Shown in pieces: positions 1 to 8,733 of a stretch of 64,000 nucleotides of DNA; position 1 is the stretch's first letter; the number at the start of each line of letters is the position of its first letter. Made by a program: the position numbers and the translations under genes. Origin of the DNA: an uncultured Candidatus Binatia bacterium (GTDB lineage Bacteria; Desulfobacterota; Binatia; Bin18); contig OZ241744.1 of the NCBI GenBank assembly GCA_965200965.1, forward strand, positions 2,624,001 to 2,688,000. Direction: 5' to 3'. The notes beneath the pieces were generated by a model. It was not told the origin of the DNA and did not search any database. It saw nothing but the letters and a program-made list of their open reading frames with translations.

Positions 1-1062
1 GCCCTGGACCCTGAGCATCAGGCGCATGGCTTCGTCACACAGCCGCAGGGCAACCATGCTGTAGCCCAACTGACGCAGATAATCGGCTTCGGTCGGGCTT
101 CTCCCGGCTTCAATGCGGGCGTCGGTCTCGGTGCAGCCCGTTTCGACCGCGGCCCGGGCCGCAGCAATTGAGGCCCCGGCCTGACCGATGTTGAGTTGCG
201 CCGAGGGCCGTTCGGCGACTTTGACGCCAAAGATGGCGACCCGGTCTGCCAGTTCAGCACAGGCTTCCTCCAACGCGGCGCTGGCAAGGCCGACCGCTTG
301 GGCGGCGAGCCACAGGTCTGACAGGGCAACCCAGTCTTCCCGATAGCGTTGGGCCACAACGGGGGTCTGGGGGTCGCGGAAGGTGTAACGAAAATCGAGC
401 GGAAAAGGCCGCAGCAGGGAGGCCGGAATCGAGACCGCCTCGTAGTTGATATGGTCGGTGGCCGACGCCCGCAGGCTCATCGAGTTCCAGGTTGGATCAA
501 TCGACACCCCCGGGGTGTCGGTCCGAACCAGCGTAAAACGCATATCCGGCTTCCCCTTGGGCTGTGTCTCCCTATCGTCCAAAGCAAACACACACGCCGC
601 CCACTCGCCATAGCGCGAGCCAGAGGCAAAACTTGCCCGGCCGCTCAGAATCACCCGGTCTCCGTCACACCGGCCCCGCACACTCGTTCCCGCTCCAGCC
701 GGAAAACTGACCCATTCCCGCTTGTCCACAATCTGCCCTAAGAGGGCCGCGGCCTGTGGTCCCATCTGGGCCACAATGAAGTGGAACACGCACAGATGAT
801 TCCACACACACCAGGCGGTTGAGGCGCAGCGGCCGGCTACTGCCTCAAGCTCCCTGGCAATCTGGCCGATGCTGGCCTCTACCCCACCGATAGTGCGGCT
901 GGCCGACAGGCGCATGACATCGGTCTGTTTGAGGGCCTGAATAAGGTCCGGGTCAAGGCTGCGGGTGCGGTCGGCCTGGGGAGCTTGCTCGGCAATCCGG
1001 TCCAGCAGCGGCGCGCAAACCAATGGGTGCTCCCGCCCCATAAACTCCTGTACGCTATTCAT
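1..1062 (-). CDS. Acyl-CoA dehydrogenase-family / flavin-dependent monooxygenase (runs off the left edge)
   Basis: Manual translation from ATG at 1062: MNSVQEF...ADRTRSLDPDLIQALK...CASTAWCVWNH...PGVSIDPTWNSMSLRASATDH, typical of the ACAD/HsaA fold. Absent from the ORF track because the stop lies outside the window. Confidence 0.75.
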   Translation of the reverse strand, partial: MNSVQEFMGREHPLVCAPLLDRIAEQAPQADRTRSLDPDLIQALKQTDVMRLSASRTIGGVEASIGQIARELEAVAGRCASTAWCVWNHLCVFHFIVAQMGPQAAALLGQIVDKREWVSFPAGAGTSVRGRCDGDRVILSGRASFASGSRYGEWAACVFALDDRETQPKGKPDMRFTLVRTDTPGVSIDPTWNSMSLRASATDHINYEAVSIPASLLRPFPLDFRYTFRDPQTPVVAQRYREDWVALSDLWLAAQAVGLASAALEEACAELADRVAIFGVKVAERPSAQLNIGQAGASIAAARAAVETGCTETDARIEAGRSPTEADYLRQLGYSMVALRLCDEAMRLMLRVQG

Positions 1063-1080
1063 ACGCAGACTCTCCTTCTC

Positions 1081-2475
1081 CTACCCTTGCCAGTATTGCT
1101 GCACCCAGGCCAGGGCGGCTTCACGGCTCGCCAGCTTGCCTTCGAGCTGCGCGTCTTCAACCGCGGTCAGAATGTCTGTGAAGCGCGGTCCGGGGCGGAG
1201 GCCAAGGGCGATGAGATCACGGCCGGTCAGGAGACGCGGCGGCGCGAGTTGGACCGGCCCGAGGCGTTCTCGCTGCCGGCGGCAGAACTCGTATGGACGC
1301 AGGTCGCCGCTTGAGGCCAGGGCGTCGAGGCGCGCCAACTCCAACAGTTCTTCAATGCCGTCTTCGCGCAGAAACCGTTTGAGCTTGGCCGGACGCATAT
1401 TCGGGGCGCTGAGCAGCCGCAGATGGTTCTTGACCAGATAGGCCACCCGCTGCCACACTGCGCGTGAGCGTTTCAGCCGTTGACAGATGGCCACCGCCTG
1501 CTCTGCCCCCTGCTCACAGTGACCAGAAAACGTGGTGCGCTGTGGCTTGACCATGTCGTGCAGCAGAGCGCCAAGCGCCAAAGTTTCGCTCAGGACGGAA
1601 TGTGTCGCTTTCCCCTCGGTCTGTTGACACGTTTCGTCCTGTGGCCGCCCATCTGCCCATTTGTCCAGTTCGGCCAGCAGCAGCAGGGTATGGGTGAACA
1701 CATCCCCCTGTGGATGAAAATCGGGCGATTGCTCAACGCCGCGCAGCGCTTCGATTTCGGGCAGGATGACGGCCAGCAGGCCGGTCTCGGCCAGCAGTTG
1801 AAAACCGCGCTGGCCCCCGCCCTCGGTGAGAATCTTGACGACCTCGTCACCGATCCGTTCCCAGGCGATAGTGCTGATCCTTGGGGCGAGGGCTTGGAGG
1901 GCGGCGAAGGTCTGGGGGGCGAGGGCAAATCCCAGCCGGGCGGCAAACCGGACGGCGCGGATCAGGCGCAAGTGATCCTCGCGGAAACGGGCCACCGGAT
2001 CGCCAATGGCCCGGATCACCCGCTGGCTCAGGTCGTGTTGGCCGCCAACATAATCAATGACCTGCTCGGTAACGGTATCGTAGAACATGCCGTTGATGGT
2101 GAAATCGCGCCGCCGCGCGTCTTCCCGCGCATCAAGGCCGGAATGTGTCGCCTTCCCCTCGAGATGTTGACACGTTTCATCCTTGCTGAAGCGGACGCCG
2201 GTCGGGTGGCGTCCGTCAAGATAGCGGCCGTCGGCCCGAAAGGTCGCCACCTCTACTTTTGAGACCAGCACGACCCCGAACTGCACCCCAATTGGGACGG
2301 CCTGGGGAAACAGGCTCAGGACTTGGTCGACCCGGGCGCTGGTTGCCACATCAAAATCCTTGGCCTCCAGCCCCAGCAGGCGGTCGCGTACACAGCCCCC
2401 GGCCAGATAGGCGCTGAAACCGTGGGCGTGCAGCGTCTCAATAATCGTTCGAGCATGGCGTTCCTGGGGGCTCAC
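1081..2475 (-). CDS. cca: CCA tRNA nucleotidyltransferase / poly(A) polymerase family with HD domain
   Basis: Motifs GGCVRD, DFDVAT, RRDFTING, EDHLRLIRAVRF, H-x-QGDVFTHT, LLHD. Start taken at GTG 2475. Contains two 17-aa insertions. Confidence 0.9.
   Translation of the reverse strand: MSPQERHARTIIETLHAHGFSAYLAGGCVRDRLLGLEAKDFDVATSARVDQVLSLFPQAVPIGVQFGVVLVSKVEVATFRADGRYLDGRHPTGVRFSKDETCQHLEGKATHSGLDAREDARRRDFTINGMFYDTVTEQVIDYVGGQHDLSQRVIRAIGDPVARFREDHLRLIRAVRFAARLGFALAPQTFAALQALAPRISTIAWERIGDEVVKILTEGGGQRGFQLLAETGLLAVILPEIEALRGVEQSPDFHPQGDVFTHTLLLLAELDKWADGRPQDETCQQTEGKATHSVLSETLALGALLHDMVKPQRTTFSGHCEQGAEQAVAICQRLKRSRAVWQRVAYLVKNHLRLLSAPNMRPAKLKRFLREDGIEELLELARLDALASSGDLRPYEFCRRQRERLGPVQLAPPRLLTGRDLIALGLRPGPRFTDILTAVEDAQLEGKLASREAALAWVQQYWQG
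1591..1641 (-). repeat. 51-bp palindromic element inserted in frame in cca (QDETCQQTEGKATHSVL)
   Basis: caggacg-aaac-GTGTC-aacagaccgaggggaaagc-GACAC-attc-cgtcctg; removing it restores P|SETL. Confidence 0.85.
2134..2184 (-). repeat. 51-bp palindromic element inserted in frame in cca (KDETCQHLEGKATHSGL)
   Basis: aagg-atgaaac-GTGTC-aacatctcgaggggaaggc-GACAC-attccgg-cctt; removing it restores VRFS|DAREDARRRDFT. Confidence 0.85.
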
Positions 2476-2511
2476 CCGGCTATGGTGACACGGCCAGGAA
2501 GCAGGATCAAC

Positions 2512-2540
2512 TTGTCGGAGACGGTCCGGCTGGTTAGACT
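2512..2540 (+). promoter_or_regulatory. Sigma70-type promoter of murF, probably leaderless
   Basis: TTGTCG-17 bp-TAGACT, with the ATG at 2548 following 7 nt after the -10 box. Confidence 0.5.
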
Positions 2541-2547
2541 GAGGCCC

Positions 2548-4014
2548 ATGAAGCTGACGGCAGAACAGGTGTGCGCCGCCACGCGCGGAACGCTGAGCTC
2601 CGGGCCGGCAGACACGCTGTTTCGTTCGGTGACAATTGACTCCCGCACGGCCAGCCAGGGGGCTTTGTTTGTACCGCTGCCCGGTGCCAGGACCGACGGC
2701 CATGCCTATCTTGGGGCGGCCGTTCGGCGGGGAGCCGCCGGCTTCCTGTACGCCCGCCAGGCCGTGGCCACGCTGCCAACCGGGGCAAGGGCGAAACGTG
2801 CCAACATCCCGGGGGGAAGGCGACACGTTCCGGCCTTGGTGAGCATTGGCGTATCAGACCCCCTGACCGCCCTCCAGGACCTCTCGGCCTGGCACCGCGC
2901 CAGACTGCCGGCCACGGTCGTCGGCATCGCCGGCAGTAACGGCAAGACGACCACCAAAGAATTGCTGGCCCAGGTGTGCGCCGCTCACCGGCCGAGCCTG
3001 GCCACCCCGGGCAACCTGAACAATCAGATCGGCCTGCCGCTCAGCCTGCTGCGGGCCGACGGTGACGAAGACATCCTGATCCTGGAGATGGGTACCAGCG
3101 GCCCCGGTGAGCTGAGCAGGCTCAGCCGCCTGGCCCGTCCGCATATCGGGGTCATCACCTCAATTGCCGAAGAGCATACCGAGATGCTGACCGACCTGTC
3201 CGGTGTGATCGAAGCCGAGACCGAGCTGCTCGCGGCTCTGCCCGGCGATGGGCTGGCAATTGTGCCTGGCGATGATGCCGCCCTGGTGGAGACCGTCCGG
3301 GGCCGGGCCGTGTGTCGGATTGTCACCTTTGGCGAACACGCGAGCAACGCCTTCCGGGCCGCTGACATCCGGGTTTCCCGGCAGGGAACGCAGTTCATGG
3401 CCCAGACCCCGCTTGGGGCCCGTCCGGTCCGCCTGGGTCTGCTGGGCAGTCATTTTGCCCTGGCCGCGCTGGTGGCGATTGCCGTTGCAACTGAGTGCGG
3501 TATTGGCCTGGACGCGGTATGCGAGACCCTGGGCACGGCCCGCGGCGCGCCGCGGCGCATGGCGGTCATTGCCGTGCCCGAGTGCGGCCTGACGATTCTT
3601 GACGACTGCTACAATGCTAATCCCGCCTCCGTGCAACAGGCCCTGCTGACCGCCGGGCAGGTGCGTACCGCGGGCGAGCGGCTGATCGTCGTGCTGGGCG
3701 ATATGCGGGAGTTGGGAGCGATCAGCCTGGTCCGCCACCAGGAAATGGGCGAGCTGGTGGCGCGCCTTGACCCCCACCCGGACCTGCTTGTTACGGTGGG
3801 ACAGGAAGCCCGGGCTATTGCCGACCAGGCCCGGGCCAAAGGGGTAGCGGTCCAGACCTTTGCTGCGGCGGATGAGGCCGCGGCTTTTCTCCACGACACC
3901 CTTCGGCCCTCTGCCGGCCGGCACTTGGTGCTGGTCAAAGGCTCGCGCGGAGTACAGCTTGAACGTGTCAGCCAAGCCCTGACCGGCCCCTGCCCGGATG
4001 AGAGCGAGGCGTGA
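2548..4014 (+). CDS. murF: UDP-N-acetylmuramoyl-tripeptide--D-Ala-D-Ala ligase
   Basis: IDSR, DGH, GSNGKTTTK P-loop, NNQIGLP, EMG, DDCYNANP, GDMRELG, VKGSRG. Confidence 0.92.
   Translation: MKLTAEQVCAATRGTLSSGPADTLFRSVTIDSRTASQGALFVPLPGARTDGHAYLGAAVRRGAAGFLYARQAVATLPTGARAKRANIPGGRRHVPALVSIGVSDPLTALQDLSAWHRARLPATVVGIAGSNGKTTTKELLAQVCAAHRPSLATPGNLNNQIGLPLSLLRADGDEDILILEMGTSGPGELSRLSRLARPHIGVITSIAEEHTEMLTDLSGVIEAETELLAALPGDGLAIVPGDDAALVETVRGRAVCRIVTFGEHASNAFRAADIRVSRQGTQFMAQTPLGARPVRLGLLGSHFALAALVAIAVATECGIGLDAVCETLGTARGAPRRMAVIAVPECGLTILDDCYNANPASVQQALLTAGQVRTAGERLIVVLGDMRELGAISLVRHQEMGELVARLDPHPDLLVTVGQEARAIADQARAKGVAVQTFAAADEAAAFLHDTLRPSAGRHLVLVKGSRGVQLERVSQALTGPCPDESEA
2787..2837 (+). repeat. 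51-bp palindromic element inserted in frame in murF (read in a different phase: RAKRANIPGGRRHVPAL)
   Basis: aagg-gcgaaac-GTGCC-aacatcccggggggaaggc-GACAC-gttccgg-cctt, near-identical to the cca copy at 2134. Confidence 0.85.
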
Positions 4015-4019
4015 AGACG

Positions 4020-4048
4020 TTGACGATGGGGCCAAGTCTGCCTAGAGT
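4020..4048 (+). promoter_or_regulatory. Sigma70-type promoter of moeA, probably leaderless
   Basis: TTGACG-17 bp-TAGAGT, ATG at 4055, no Shine-Dalgarno sequence. Confidence 0.55.
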
Positions 4049-4054
4049 CTGGTT

Positions 4055-5293
4055 ATGATTTCTGTACACGACGCAGTCACCCGGATTCTTGAGACCGTCA
4101 CCCCGCTGGCCGGGGAGCGGGTCAGCCTGTTCGAGGCCAGCGGGCGGGTCCTGGCCGAAACCATCGCCTCCGAGCGCGCCATCCCGCCTTTTGATAACTC
4201 GGCCATGGACGGCTATGCGGTGCGCTGGCAGGACATCCGTGAGGCCGGCGTTGACCAGCCGGCCGAGCTGCGCGTTTTTGAGGTCATCCAGGCCGGCCTT
4301 GTCCCCAACAAGACGGTGACGCCCGGCACGGCCAGCAAGATCATGACCGGCGCGGTGGTTCCGCCCGGTGCCGACACCGTCATCCGGCTTGAGGATACGC
4401 AGGAGCGTGACGGGCGGGTCCTGATTCAGCGGACAAACGCCGTGGGGGCCAACATCCGGGCCACCGGCGAGGATATCCGCCCGGGCCAGGTGATTTTGGA
4501 AAAAGGGCGGGTGCTGCGGCCGGCCGATATTGGGCTGCTGGCCTCTGTTGGGCGGAGTTTTGCGCTGGTGTGCCAACGCCCCCGGGTCGCTGTTCTCAGC
4601 ACCGGCAATGAGTTGGTTGAGGTCGATGGCACGCTGCGGCCGGGCCAGATTGTCAATTCCAACGCCTATACCCTGGCGGCCGCGGTCCGGGACGCCGGCG
4701 GGGTGCCGGTGCCGCTCGCCATCGCCCGGGACGCGCTCGAGGAGACCCGCGGCGCGCTGCACGAAGCCGTCCGTCACGATGTGGTGCTGTCTACCGGCGG
4801 CGTGTCGGTCGGCGATTTTGACTTTGTCAAAGCAGCGATGGACGAGTTGGGGATGCACCGTCTGTTCTGGCAGGTGGCCCAGCGGCCGGGCAAACCGCTG
4901 ACCTTCGGGCTGCTCAAAGAACGGCCCTGTTTTGGTCTGCCGGGCAACCCGGTTTCGGCCCTGGTGTGTTTTTATCTGTATGTCCGGCCCAGCCTGCGGC
5001 GGATGCTGGGACACACCCGGCTGTTCCCCCCCCTTGTGTCGGCCACCCTGAGTGAAGACATTCCCGTCGCCCCAAACCTGACCGAGTTTGTGCGTTGTCA
5101 GCTCAGCCAACACAAGGGGCACTACACGGCCCGTTCGACCGGCAGCCAAAGCTCGGGGGTGCTGAGTTCCCTGTCGCTTGGCCAGGGGCTCATCATCGGC
5201 CCGCGGGACCAGACCCTGCTCGCCAAGGGCGCGCAGGTCCAAGTGCTCGTGCTTGACGGGGAGATGTTCGCCGGCGAAACCGCGCCATTCTGA
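4055..5293 (+). CDS. moeA: Molybdopterin molybdotransferase
   Basis: PPFDNSAMDGYA, IMTGA, STGNEL, TGGVSVGDFD, PGKP, LPGNPVS. Confidence 0.93.
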   Translation: MISVHDAVTRILETVTPLAGERVSLFEASGRVLAETIASERAIPPFDNSAMDGYAVRWQDIREAGVDQPAELRVFEVIQAGLVPNKTVTPGTASKIMTGAVVPPGADTVIRLEDTQERDGRVLIQRTNAVGANIRATGEDIRPGQVILEKGRVLRPADIGLLASVGRSFALVCQRPRVAVLSTGNELVEVDGTLRPGQIVNSNAYTLAAAVRDAGGVPVPLAIARDALEETRGALHEAVRHDVVLSTGGVSVGDFDFVKAAMDELGMHRLFWQVAQRPGKPLTFGLLKERPCFGLPGNPVSALVCFYLYVRPSLRRMLGHTRLFPPLVSATLSEDIPVAPNLTEFVRCQLSQHKGHYTARSTGSQSSGVLSSLSLGQGLIIGPRDQTLLAKGAQVQVLVLDGEMFAGETAPF

Positions 5294-5352
5294 CGAAAAT
5301 CAGCATATCGGATGACGTTCCGCTCCTCCGACCTGATTCTTGTGCTTGCACC

Positions 5353-6132
5353 TCAGGCAGCCAGGCCGAGCTTCCGTTGCAGATCGTCTTGCGCATCAAG
5401 GGAGGCCACGGCGGTGTCAGCCACATTGGTTAATCGGGCGAGATCGAGCCGGGGGATTTCCTGCTGATCCTCAAACACGATCACCGACTCGAAAGAGAGC
5501 TTGTGCAGCAGGAAATGCGAGAGCATGATTGTTGTCAGCCGCGCTTTATCGCGGTTCGGAACGCCATAGAGAAACACGGGTCGCTCGCGCCTGCCCCAGA
5601 GACGATAATCCACACGGTAGCTGTTCCCATCCGGGATGTCCGGCGGAGCATGGTCCGCTTCAATGTCCTCTGCGTCAATCATGCTGAAAAGCGTGGCCTT
5701 CAGGTCTTCGTAAAACGTCGAAGCGACATGTGCCCGGCTCAGGAAGGTCAAATCGTACACCTTGGTCAAGGCTTGGCCGAACTGAAACACGGCCTCGGCA
5801 AGCTGCTCCGGCGCAACCTCAACAGAAAAGACGCCGGCCCGCTCCCGCATCCCGGCTTCCCGAACCACCTGCTCAAGGAGCGCGTCGCGAGTCCCCTCAA
5901 GGAAGGCGTCCACATCGTGCTCATAGCTGATGTGCATTAAGGTGTGGCCCTGATCGCTCAAGACCACCCCACCGGTCCGGGTCTCGGTCAAGTAGATCGG
6001 GTACTGGTCCCCGTCTGGAAAGGTGAACGGGGTGTCCAGCATGAGCGTGCCGTCATCGCGCTTATGAACAGCGACCTTGGCGCACAGGCGCTCGCACAGC
6101 GTCTTTTCCAGCAGCGGGAAGTCAAGCACCAT
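5353..6132 (-). CDS. DUF1828/DUF1829-like protein
   Basis: TPFTFPDGD...LSDQGHTL signature; C-terminal part resembles a nuclease-like domain (YRVDY...VFED). Confidence 0.65.
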   Translation of the reverse strand: MVLDFPLLEKTLCERLCAKVAVHKRDDGTLMLDTPFTFPDGDQYPIYLTETRTGGVVLSDQGHTLMHISYEHDVDAFLEGTRDALLEQVVREAGMRERAGVFSVEVAPEQLAEAVFQFGQALTKVYDLTFLSRAHVASTFYEDLKATLFSMIDAEDIEADHAPPDIPDGNSYRVDYRLWGRRERPVFLYGVPNRDKARLTTIMLSHFLLHKLSFESVIVFEDQQEIPRLDLARLTNVADTAVASLDAQDDLQRKLGLAA

Positions 6133-6586
6133 AAAACAGGCCCTCTTGTTCATCTGGAACAGCGAGTCCCCGGATACCGCAATCCTGAATCAGACAGGCG
6201 AGCGCACCTTCCAGGGTCCGATACCGGTCCGTTTCCTCGGCTTGGCTGTCCTCCTTCTTGCCGGCGGCAATGGCCTCGGCTGTGGAGCGATGAATGTGGC
6301 AATGGTAGTGAATGCTGCCATGCCGATGGCTTGCGCCGTTGTAGCGGACGAGACTGAGCGGCCTCTCGCCCTTCTGAATCAAGGCGAGGCCACACGAAAA
6401 GTCCTTAGTGTCCTGCGTATTTTGCCGCTGATACACCCGATATCTGGTTCCGTGCTCTGTTTCAGCTTCATAATTTCGTTGCTTGTGGCCGGGTTTGTCA
6501 ACCCAGCGAGCGTTCGGATTTGTGACCCGCTTTGGAGTCGAACGCAGTTCGTTGAGCTCGTCGTCTGAAAAGAGTTGGTCAGTCAC
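6122..6586 (-). CDS. Hypothetical His-rich protein (DUF6978-like), partner of the DUF1828 gene
   Basis: LVRYNGASHRH...HCHIH motif; its stop overlaps the start of the next gene. Confidence 0.6.
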   Translation of the reverse strand: MTDQLFSDDELNELRSTPKRVTNPNARWVDKPGHKQRNYEAETEHGTRYRVYQRQNTQDTKDFSCGLALIQKGERPLSLVRYNGASHRHGSIHYHCHIHRSTAEAIAAGKKEDSQAEETDRYRTLEGALACLIQDCGIRGLAVPDEQEGLFYGA

Positions 6587-6633
6587 GGCCCCGTCTCCAC
6601 GACTTCCAGGTTCTCCATGTGAGGATCAGTCCT

Positions 6634-6666
6634 GTAGGTCGGCTTAGCCGGCAGGCGTAAGCCGGC
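6634..6666 (+). repeat. GTAG-type REP palindrome
   Basis: GTAG-gtcggctta-gccggcaggcg-taagccggc; second copy at 10490, both preceded by cagtcct. Confidence 0.7.
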
Positions 6667-6673
6667 GGCTCCG

Positions 6674-7627
6674 CTACTCCCTGTGTTCGGCGGATGAGCA
6701 GGGGTTTCGGCAGAGATCGGTTGCCCTGGCCGCGGCCTGGGTCCAGTCCTGCACTTTTCCGAATATGTCTGCATCAACATTGTCGCAGAAATCGACAAGT
6801 CGGCAGCGGTCAAACAGTAAACCGGCGTCAACTGACGCGCTGTGCCAACGATTCCGGGGCAAAGCCTCTGAAACGAAGAACAGCCGCACGGGGGTAAGAA
6901 CGGGGGATGATTGCAACCATTTTTTGCAGAATGAATCGGGCTGAAGCTGAGTCAGCGTGTCCTTGTAGTTGGTCCCTGTCTTACATTGGCCGAAAGCAAT
7001 GAGCTTCCCTGGCAGGCCGTCTGTGAAGGATTTCCACACAACAACATCCAATTTTCCATCTCTCTCGTTCGGCCGGGCCTTGTCTCGGTTCACAAAACCA
7101 TCCCCCTCTTTTATTCGTTTGCAAAGATCGTCAACCTTTCCCTGGAAGTCTCTTCCCTCCGCCGCGGTGCCGAAGACAAGGCTCTCGGCGCGGGCACCAA
7201 GGTACTCCCGGGCAACCTCTGCGGCAAGTTCCTCAAAGAGCAATGTCCCATCAATGCCAGCGTGACGCCGGTTGTCTTTCATGTTCAGCCGGGTTGCCAG
7301 GAGCAGATACCTGTAGATGACGTGCTTGCGGTTGTCCGCCTTTTGGGGGGCGCGAAGCGTATAGCCCTCTTGTGTCATCTTGAAGGGATAGCCCTCCCCG
7401 CAACCTTCCTTGCGCTGCTCAATTTCCCGATACGCCTCTTCAGCACCTCGGTCTGTTTCTTCCTCTTCCGGCACGCCGCGAGAATAGTCGTTTTCATCAA
7501 GCCGGCCGAGAAGCCCGGAGAGGGCAGTCATCGACATGCTGTTGCGCTGCCAGGCAAGCAACTCGGCATAGTCGGCCAGTTCATGTTCGGGCGCGCCAGC
7601 GGACGGTTGTCCGGGCCACTTGAACAT
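6674..7627 (-). CDS. Putative PD-(D/E)xK-like restriction endonuclease
   Basis: FEEL...DGKLDVVVW...GQCKTG resembles an Mrr-like E...D...QxK nuclease core. Confidence 0.55.
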   Translation of the reverse strand: MFKWPGQPSAGAPEHELADYAELLAWQRNSMSMTALSGLLGRLDENDYSRGVPEEEETDRGAEEAYREIEQRKEGCGEGYPFKMTQEGYTLRAPQKADNRKHVIYRYLLLATRLNMKDNRRHAGIDGTLLFEELAAEVAREYLGARAESLVFGTAAEGRDFQGKVDDLCKRIKEGDGFVNRDKARPNERDGKLDVVVWKSFTDGLPGKLIAFGQCKTGTNYKDTLTQLQPDSFCKKWLQSSPVLTPVRLFFVSEALPRNRWHSASVDAGLLFDRCRLVDFCDNVDADIFGKVQDWTQAAARATDLCRNPCSSAEHRE

Positions 7628-8733
7628 TACCCGTCCTCCGAGACACGCTTTTTCCTTCTGCGAGGTCTCTGTTTGCGTTCCATCTCCTCGTAGAGGTCAT
7701 TCGCAATATCCGCTACCGTACCGGCAACCCTGAGCAGTCCCTCTGAACCGTCATAGCCGGTGGAAAGCAGACCACGCGCCTGCTCAAGCGATTGCTTTGC
7801 CGCATACAGCGCCTCATTGAAAACGGTAGACGACGGACGGCTCTTCTCGTGGGCGGCTGCAAGGCTGCTGCCTCTGCGCAGGGCGGCAAGCGCCTCGTCA
7901 TTGGCTACGACTGCGTCGAGTTGCCGGAGATGCGGATTCTGTGTCTCAATGACAGGAGGCACCTCCTCCTTCTTGCTGCCGTACATCCAACGGCAAAGCT
8001 CGCGGAGTTCTTCCTTTTTCCCGGCAGGAACCGGCTCTGGGTCCTCTTCAGTCTCCGGCCCTAAGCCAAGAAAGGCGCTGATGCCCTCGTAGCCGATCCC
8101 CGTGTACATATGGGAAAATGAAAAATGGTTTCTCCAGCGGTCTTTGCGGCTGAATACCTTCAGCTGTTCGGCTTGTTCAATGACCATCAAGCCACGGAAC
8201 AGCCTATGGACGGTCCTGTGGGTGTCACCAATCTGTGTTGCGATATCTTCGAGTGCAGCACCGAAATTTCTATGCACATCCGCGATGTATTGGGACTTGG
8301 CGTAGCTGCTCCATTTGGCCGGTCCATTAACATGTTTGAAGCCGAGATAGCGCCAAGTGTCTTCGCGGGTACCTGATATTGTGGGAAGCTCTCTCAGCGC
8401 TTCCCTGACATCTTTCGTGACGGGAGGAACGTCCGCTCTCAAGTCCTTGGCAATGGTGGGTTCGAGGAGAACTTTGACCGCGGCGAGACGACGGTTTCCC
8501 TCAATAACAATGTTTTTCCCCTTCTCCTGCGCCACGATCAGGGGTTCGTGGCGAAAGAATCCGCTGGCTGCGATCGACAGGACCAACTCGTTCACGTCCA
8601 TCGCGTCCCATAGAATCCGTATCACGTCTGCCTCTGTCGAGTTGCTGGTCAGATCAAACTCACGAAGCCGAGGGTTCTTGAGATCGAACACCAGTTCCGA
8701 GACGTTCATGGGGGTGATGTGCTCGGTCTTCAT
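7627..8733 (-). CDS. ParB/Srx-like N-terminal domain protein
   Basis: DLKNPRL, SIAASGF, EPL, VIEGNRRLAAVK, HVNGPAKW. Confidence 0.75.
   Translation of the reverse strand: MKTEHITPMNVSELVFDLKNPRLREFDLTSNSTEADVIRILWDAMDVNELVLSIAASGFFRHEPLIVAQEKGKNIVIEGNRRLAAVKVLLEPTIAKDLRADVPPVTKDVREALRELPTISGTREDTWRYLGFKHVNGPAKWSSYAKSQYIADVHRNFGAALEDIATQIGDTHRTVHRLFRGLMVIEQAEQLKVFSRKDRWRNHFSFSHMYTGIGYEGISAFLGLGPETEEDPEPVPAGKKEELRELCRWMYGSKKEEVPPVIETQNPHLRQLDAVVANDEALAALRRGSSLAAAHEKSRPSSTVFNEALYAAKQSLEQARGLLSTGYDGSEGLLRVAGTVADIANDLYEEMERKQRPRRRKKRVSEDG

Noticed and set aside
1591-1641. Hairpin elements as hammerhead ribozymes (GGACGAAAC) or cobalamin riboswitch/SRP fragments (GGGAAGGC)
   Set aside because: No CTGANGA core and none of the other conserved riboswitch or SRP elements; only short words match.
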